Position numbers and translations under genes: made by a program
The notes under the pieces: model-generated
Seen by the model: only the letters and a program-made list of their open reading frames with translations
Told to the model about the DNA's origin: nothing
Database searches by the model: none
Shown: piece by piece, positions 57,613-64,000 of the stretch
How the letters are laid out: the number at the start of each line of letters is the position of its first letter
Position numbering within the stretch: the stretch's first letter is position 1
Source of the DNA: Candidatus Marinacidobacterium sp.
GTDB taxonomy: Bacteria; Acidobacteriota; Vicinamibacteria; Marinacidobacterales; Marinacidobacteraceae
NCBI GenBank assembly: GCA_965204755.1
Contig: OZ242011.1
Coordinates: forward strand, 2,976,001-3,040,000
Length of the DNA stretch: 64,000 nt
Direction of reading: 5' to 3'

Positions 57613-58479
57613 TCAGGCCCCCTGGAACTCGGGTTCCGCCGCCGCGGACGACAGGAGCCGCGCCAAGTTCGGGGCGGCGGCGTCGGAGGCCTCGTTCACG
57701 GCTTCGGCGTCTATCTCGCCGTCGCCGGTCCCGGCGGCCGGGTTCGAGGCGAAAGCCAGACCGGCGATCTTCACGCCGAGTTGGCGGGCGGCGATGGCCT
57801 CGAGCACGACCGACATCCCGACCACATCGGCGCCGAGCGTCCGCAGCATCCGGACTTCCGCCGGGGTCTCGAAGTGCGGCCCCCGCACGCCGGCGTACAC
57901 GCCGGTGGGAAGCCGCATCGAGATGCGCAGCGCCGCGCGGTCGAGCGCCGCGCCGAGGCCCGGGTCCCAGGCCTCGGTCAGGTCGGGGAATCGCGGCTCC
58001 GGCCCCGGTTCCGGGCCTTCGAGCGGGCTCACGCCGGTGAGGTTCAGGTGGTCGGTGATCCGGACGAAGTTCCCGGGCCGGATGTCCGGGCGGATCGCGC
58101 CGGTGGCCGCGGTCAGCACGAGACGCTCGACGCCGAGGGCGGCGAGCAGCCGCACGCCGAACACCACTTCGTCCGCGGAGTAGCCCTCGTAGAGGTGCTG
58201 CCGCCCGGACAGCAGCGCGATCGGGAGTTGCGGCAGGAACGAGGGCGCGCCCTCCTCGTGGCGCAACTTGCCGACGATGAGCCGACCCCGGTGGCCGGGG
58301 GCGGTGCACTCGCCGAGACCGGGGACGGAGCCGTAGGGGAGTTGCCAGTGCCGCTCCACGCCGCGGGCGCCCCGCGCCAGCCCGGAGCCGAGCACCACCG
58401 CGGTCTTCGGGAAGTCGTCGCCGCGCTCGCGCACCGCCGCGGCGGCTTCGGCGACCTGCTTGCGGATTTCGTCTCTCAC
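57613..58479 (-). CDS. Purine nucleoside phosphorylase (trimeric type)
   Basis: VVLGSGL, GRQHLYEGY, DHLN, GPHFETPAE, DVVGMS, SNPAAG. Confidence 0.9.
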   Translation of the reverse strand: MRDEIRKQVAEAAAAVRERGDDFPKTAVVLGSGLARGARGVERHWQLPYGSVPGLGECTAPGHRGRLIVGKLRHEEGAPSFLPQLPIALLSGRQHLYEGYSADEVVFGVRLLAALGVERLVLTAATGAIRPDIRPGNFVRITDHLNLTGVSPLEGPEPGPEPRFPDLTEAWDPGLGAALDRAALRISMRLPTGVYAGVRGPHFETPAEVRMLRTLGADVVGMSVVLEAIAARQLGVKIAGLAFASNPAAGTGDGEIDAEAVNEASDAAAPNLARLLSSAAAEPEFQGA

Positions 58480-58495
58480 GGGCGCTCGGCGGGGG

Positions 58496-59710
58496 TCAGG
58501 AAGTCGGGGCGGCGGCGAGCATTCCGGCGATCGCCGCGCTCACGAGGGTGGCAAGCGTACCGCCCGCGAGCGCCCGCAGGCCCAGCCGGGCGAGGTCGGA
58601 CTTCCGCCCCGGGGCGATCGCGCCGATGCCGCCGATCTGGATGCCGACGGAACTCAGGTTGGCGAAACCGCAGAGCGCGAAGGTGGCGATCACCTCGCTC
58701 CGCAGCGACAGCGCGCCCTCGGCGCGGAGCGCCGCGAGGTCGAGATAGGCCACGAACTCGTTGAGGATGAGTTTCTTCCCGAGCATCGCCCCGACCGCCG
58801 CCGCTTCCGCCGGCGGCGCCCCGACCAGGAAGGCCACGGGGGTGAAAACGAAGCCGAGGATCCCGGAGAGCGAGAGGCCTAGCGCGCCGAGCGGCAGGTC
58901 CACCAGCGCCACCAGACTCAGGAAGGCGATGAGCATCGCCACCACATTCAGCACCAACTTCATCCCGGCGGACGCGCCGGAAGCGGCGGCCCCGATCAGG
59001 TTCACCTCCCGGCCGCCGGCGAGTTTCGCCTTTCGTCCCGCTGTCTCCGGCTTCGCGGTCTCCGGGACGATGACCTTCGCCATCATGAGCGCCGCCGGAG
59101 CGTTCACCAAACTGGCCGCCAGCAGGAAGCGGGCGTCCACGCCGAGCGCGATGAACGCCGCGAGCATCCCCCCGGAGACGGTGGCCATCCCCGCCACCAT
59201 CACCGCGTGGAGTTCCGAGCGGGTCATCCGCTCCAGGTAGGGCGCGACGATCAGCGGCGCCTCGGTCTGCCCCATGAACACATTGGCGGCGGCCGCGAGC
59301 GTTTCCGCCCCGCTCGTCCCCAGCGTCCGCATCATCAGCCAAGCCATCGCCGCGACCAGCCGCTGCAGGACGCCCAGGTGGTAGAGCACGGAGAACACCG
59401 AGGCCACATAGATGATGCTGGGGAGCGCGGTTACGGCGAGGATCACGCCGAACCGCTCCCGGTCGGCCAGCGGGCCGAAGACGAGTTCGATCCCGGCGTT
59501 CGCCTGGCGGAGCGCCAGGTCGATGAGGTCGGCGGCGCCGGAGAGCGCGGCGGCGCCGAAGGAACTGCGCAGGACCAGCAGCGCGAAGACCGCCTGGAGG
59601 CCGAGCGACCAGAGGACGATCCGCCAGGGGAACTTCCGCCGGTCGGTCGAGATGGCCCAGGCGAACCCGACCAGCGCCCCGATCCCGAGGACCGGGACCA
59701 AGTTGTTCAT
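58496..59710 (-). CDS. CNT-family nucleoside transporter (NupC-like)
   Basis: ANVFMGQTEAP, GMATVSG, KLILNEFVAY, FALCGFANLSSVGIQIGG. Confidence 0.93.
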   Translation of the reverse strand: MNNLVPVLGIGALVGFAWAISTDRRKFPWRIVLWSLGLQAVFALLVLRSSFGAAALSGAADLIDLALRQANAGIELVFGPLADRERFGVILAVTALPSIIYVASVFSVLYHLGVLQRLVAAMAWLMMRTLGTSGAETLAAAANVFMGQTEAPLIVAPYLERMTRSELHAVMVAGMATVSGGMLAAFIALGVDARFLLAASLVNAPAALMMAKVIVPETAKPETAGRKAKLAGGREVNLIGAAASGASAGMKLVLNVVAMLIAFLSLVALVDLPLGALGLSLSGILGFVFTPVAFLVGAPPAEAAAVGAMLGKKLILNEFVAYLDLAALRAEGALSLRSEVIATFALCGFANLSSVGIQIGGIGAIAPGRKSDLARLGLRALAGGTLATLVSAAIAGMLAAAPTS

Positions 59711-59765
59711 GCCGGCGGGGTCGCCGGGGAGCGTGGCCGGGGGATTCGCGCCGCGATGCCGGCCG

Positions 59766-59933
59766 TCACCCGAGCAGGTACATGAGCCAGCCGACGCCGT
59801 ACGCGAAGGCGAGGAAGGTTCCGAACGCCTTGGCGGCGAACCGCGCGCGGTCGCCCGTTCCCTCGCGCATCAGGCAGGCGAAGACCGGCGCGACCAGCGC
59901 CGCGAAAACGGTCAGCGCCAGGTAGTGGCTCAT
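59766..59933 (-). CDS. Small 2-TM membrane protein (55 aa), absent from the ORF track
   Basis: Manual translation MSHYLALTVFAALVAPVFACLMREGTGDRARFAAKAFGTFLAFAYGVGWLMYLLG*; ATG overlaps the upstream stop (ATGA). Confidence 0.75.
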   Translation of the reverse strand: MSHYLALTVFAALVAPVFACLMREGTGDRARFAAKAFGTFLAFAYGVGWLMYLLG

Positions 59934-60436
59934 GGAACTCGGCCCGGCCCTTCCGCCGCCCGCTCCGCTCCGCCGGTCTTCCCGCGCCCGTCGTCGGGGC
60001 CTTCCGCGAACGCGGCCTGGCGGGCGCCGGTCGCGAGGTCCCAGGCGTCGAGGGTCACCAGCAGGTTCAGCAGGCCGGCGGCGATCAGGAAGGCGTAGCC
60101 GTACTCGTAGGTCGTGGCCGCCGGTTCGCCGCCGCCGAGGCCGGCGAGCGCCGCCGCCAGGTAGAAGCCGCCGGCGCCCATCTCGGCGAGTCCGGCCAGC
60201 AGCGTCAGCGGCGCGCCGGTGTCCAGCGGGAACAACTCGCCTTCCATCCCGATCCCGAAGACGAACAGCAACCCGATACAGACGAAGTACACCGCCCCGG
60301 TTCCCCGCCGCTCCAGCGTGAAGTGGCCGAGTCCGGGCACGAGCAGCGCCAGCGCGCCGTGGAGCAGCGGCCGCGCCGTCGTCCCGACTGCCGCGCCTTC
60401 CGGCCGGGCGCGGGTCCCGCCGGCGGTCTCGGCCAC
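59930..60436 (-). CDS. DUF6677-like membrane protein
   Basis: LVPGLGH, YEYGYAFLIAAGLLNLLVTLDAWD; TACACT -10 8 nt before the GTG. Confidence 0.75.
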   Translation of the reverse strand: MAETAGGTRARPEGAAVGTTARPLLHGALALLVPGLGHFTLERRGTGAVYFVCIGLLFVFGIGMEGELFPLDTGAPLTLLAGLAEMGAGGFYLAAALAGLGGGEPAATTYEYGYAFLIAAGLLNLLVTLDAWDLATGARQAAFAEGPDDGRGKTGGAERAAEGPGRVP

Positions 60437-60501
60437 GGCGCGGGAGTGTAGTCGGCGGCCGGCGCCGGCTCCGGGGTCAAGAGATAAGGTTTTCGCCCGC
60501 C

Positions 60502-61754
<1,253 letters not shown>

Positions 61755-61758
<4 letters not shown>

Positions 61759-62546
61759 GCGGCGGCCCTCCCGTCCGGGTGGAGCGGCGCGAAACGCCCG
61801 GCGGCCACCGGACGGCGCTCGTCACCCTCGACCGGCCGAAGGCGCTCAACGCGCTGAACCGGGCGACCCTCGACGCGCTCGGCGCGGCCTTCGCCGAACT
61901 CGCGGGCGACGCCGAAACGCAGGGGATCGCGCTCACCGGCGCCGGCGGCCGGGCTTTCGCCGCCGGGGCGGACATCTCCGAACTGCAGGGGCTGACACCC
62001 GAGTCCGGCCGCGCCGCCATGCAGCGCGGGCAGGCGCTGCTCGGCGCCATCGAAGGGACCGAGGTTCCCGTCGTGGCCGCGATCCCCGGGTTCGCGCTCG
62101 GCGGCGGGCTGGAACTCGCGCTCGCCTGCCACCTGCGGGTGGCCCGCCCCGGGTCGAAACTCGGTCTCCCCGAAGTCGGGCTCGGCGTGATTCCGGGGTA
62201 CGGCGGGACGCAGCGGCTGCCGCGGCTCGTCGGGCGGGCGGCGGCGCTGCGGATGATCCTCACCGGGGATCCGGTCTCCGCCGAGGAGGGGCTGGCGCTC
62301 GGCCTCGTGGACCGGCTGGCCGACGACCCGGTGGCCGGGGCCGAGGAGTTGCTCGACCGGGTGCTGGCGAACGGGCCGCTGGCGGTGCGCGCGGCGATCG
62401 CCGCGGTGAACGCCGCCTCCCCCCCGCTGGAGAGCGGGCTGGCCCACGAACGCGCCCTCTTCGCCGCGCTCTGCGGCTCCGAGGACATGCGCGAGGGGCT
62501 GACCGCGTTCCTGGAGAAACGCCGCCCCCGATTCGGTGGCCGCTGA
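61755..62546 (+). CDS. Enoyl-CoA hydratase/crotonase
   Basis: RPKALNAL, AFAAGADI, ALGGGLELALAC, LPEVGLGVIPGYGGTQRL; GTGA overlap. Confidence 0.93.
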
Positions 62547-63171
62547 GCCTCCGGCCGGGGCGGGCGACCGCGCCGCCGGGGCGGGGGGGAGAACCGGCGC
62601 CCCGACTTCCGGGGCCGCCGGGCCCGGCGCTGCCGGAGGGACGGCTCGCGAGGACGGGGCGAACGCGCTCGCCGGACGGAGGTTCGGCGTGGTGTTCTCG
62701 CAGCGCGACGGGCCGTCGGCGCGGCTCGCCGACGCGGCGGAGGCCTTCCTCGCCGCCCGGGGGGCCGAGGTCTCCCGTTGGCCGGCGAAGGGGGCGTTCG
62801 AGGTCGCTCAGTTCGCCGGGTGGCTCGCCGAGTCCGGGCGGGTGGAGGCGGTCGTCGCCTGCGCCAACATCGTCCGGGGCGAGACCAGCCACGACCGCCA
62901 CCTGGCGGCGGCGGTCACCGGGGCGCTCCTCGACATCGGCGTCCGCACCGGCGCGCCGGTCGGGAACGCCGTCTTGACGGTGGACACCGCCGAGCAGGCG
63001 GAGGCCCGCTCCGGCGGCGCGAAGGGCAACCGGGGCGAGGACGCCGCCCGCGCCGCCGCGCACCTGCTGCTCGCCCGCTCCGGGCTCGCCGGCGCCTCGG
63101 GGAGGGCCGGGAACCCGGGGCGCGATCTCGGGCCGCCCGACTTCGCTTCCGGTCGGCCCGGGGGCCGGTGA
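62536..63171 (+). CDS. ribH: 6,7-dimethyl-8-ribityllumazine synthase (divergent)
   Basis: GAFEV, IVRGETSH, GNAVLTVDTAEQAEARSG..GNRGEDAA; classic ribH-nusB synteny. Confidence 0.85.
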   Translation: MAAEPPAGAGDRAAGAGGRTGAPTSGAAGPGAAGGTAREDGANALAGRRFGVVFSQRDGPSARLADAAEAFLAARGAEVSRWPAKGAFEVAQFAGWLAESGRVEAVVACANIVRGETSHDRHLAAAVTGALLDIGVRTGAPVGNAVLTVDTAEQAEARSGGAKGNRGEDAARAAAHLLLARSGLAGASGRAGNPGRDLGPPDFASGRPGGR

Positions 63172-63209
63172 GCCGGTGAGCCGGTGAGCCCCCGGTGAAC
63201 CCCCGGTGA
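63164..63209 (+). repeat. Iterated CCGGTGA units (8-bp x3, 11-bp x2) at the ribH/nusB junction
   Basis: GCCGGTGA GCCGGTGA GCCGGTGA GCCCCCGGTGA ACCCCCGGTGA. Confidence 0.9.
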
Positions 63210-63697
63210 ATCCGAAGACGGCGCGGGAGCGCCGGAGGGGTCGGGAACTCGCCGTCCAGATGCTCGCTTCGTGGGACGCGAACCCCACCGACCCGAAACT
63301 CACCGTGATCCGGATCGCGGAACTGACCCGCGCCAGCGCCAGGCACCTCCGGGCCGCGGAGCGGCTGGCCCGCACCGTCTGGGACCGACTGCCCCGGATT
63401 GACGCCTGCCTCGACCGGACGATCCACACCCCCTGGCGCGGGAAACTGGGTCGCGTGGAGCGCAGCGTGCTGCGCGTGGCCGTGGGCGAACTCCTGACGG
63501 AGACCGCTCCGCCGGCGGTCGTCCTCTCCGAGGCGCTGGAAGTCGCCCGCCTCTACGCGGGCGAAGCCGCCGTCCCCTTCGTCCACGGCGTCCTCGACAG
63601 CGTGGTGCGCGGCGGCGCGTCCCCGGCGGACGGGGAAGGGGACGGCGCGCCGCCCGCCGACGCGCGGACTCCCGCCGGGACGAGCGGCCCCGAATGA
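63206..63697 (+). CDS. nusB: Transcription antitermination factor NusB
   Basis: RRRGRELAVQML, VERSVLRVAVGEL, VVLSEALEVARLY, FVHGVLD. Confidence 0.9.
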   Translation: MNPKTARERRRGRELAVQMLASWDANPTDPKLTVIRIAELTRASARHLRAAERLARTVWDRLPRIDACLDRTIHTPWRGKLGRVERSVLRVAVGELLTETAPPAVVLSEALEVARLYAGEAAVPFVHGVLDSVVRGGASPADGEGDGAPPADARTPAGTSGPE

Positions 63698-63715
63698 GCG
63701 GCCCCGAATGAGCGG
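63682..63715 (+). repeat. 14-bp tandem duplication GAGCGGCCCCGAAT x2.4 at the nusB/lysS junction
   Basis: Read directly. Confidence 0.9.
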
Positions 63716-64000
63716 GCAGGAAACTCCGGGCGCGGCGGCCCGACCGAACCCCGGCCGGGATGAGCAGGGCCGCCGCCGCAAACTCGCCGAGATCGCCGAA
63801 CTCGCCGCCGAGTCCGGAGTCCCGCTCTGGCCGGCGCGCTTCGAGACCACGCACACGCCCGCCGGGGCCTTCGCCGCCTGGGGCGCCCTCGACGCCGAGG
63901 CGCTGGAGGCGCTCCCCGAGTCCGAACGCCGGACGCGCGTGGCCGGCCGGATCGTCGGCCACCGCTCCTTCGGCAAGGCCGCCTTCGCCACGCTCGCCCA
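63708..64000 (+). CDS. lysS: Lysine--tRNA ligase class II, N-terminal part (3' truncated)
   Basis: Manual translation MSGQETPG..RRRKLAEI..GVPLWPARFETTHT..RVAGRIVGHRSFGKAAFATL (anticodon OB fold). Confidence 0.85.
   Translation, partial: MSGQETPGAAARPNPGRDEQGRRRKLAEIAELAAESGVPLWPARFETTHTPAGAFAAWGALDAEALEALPESERRTRVAGRIVGHRSFGKAAFATLA

Noticed and set aside
17739-58882. Rarity of CTAG (seen at 17739, 51083, 58879)
   Set aside because: CTAG depletion is widespread in bacteria and not specific to this genome
63164-63209. Repeats as a possible CRISPR array
   Set aside because: Units are 8-11 bp with no spacers and no cas genes

Overview
High-GC bacterial chromosome segment. An ADOP-type duplicated permease and a DUF6677-like gene point to Acidobacteriota; the ankyrin proteins and heavy restriction load hint at a host-associated lineage such as a sponge symbiont (inference). 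Most of the window is housekeeping or metabolic: Fe3+ ABC transporter, metG, three amidohydrolases, lepA-hemW, a GH4/PfkB sugar operon, thyA-folA-ridA, an M16 peptidase pair, ggt, tonB, hpt, PNP-nupC, thiolase-crotonase-ribH-nusB-lysS. Three defence insertions interrupt it: (i) a 13.4-20.8 kb island (DUF4268 nuclease, Type IIG-like RM protein, MNT-like nucleotidyltransferase, DUF4268 pseudogene, AAA ATPase + DUF4276); (ii) a DUF262/HNH GmrSD/SspE-like gene wedged into the PD40-M28-lepA operon; (iii) a Type III mod-res pair. The strongest signal the gene list does not explain is near-total loss of the palindromes AGCT and ACGT from core genes. They are replaced by their C-to-T products (AGTT/AACT, ATGT/ACAT), and the roughly 12 survivors I found by eye all lie in or beside accessory/defence genes. 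Other oddities are a GGT fused to a Cys-phosphatase/DUF442-like domain, a Cys-rich sigma70 lacking the promoter-melting tryptophans, and tandem micro-duplications of stop/start overlaps. I recognised no rRNA, tRNA, CRISPR array, transposase or integrase. All family calls are from motif recognition, not database searches.
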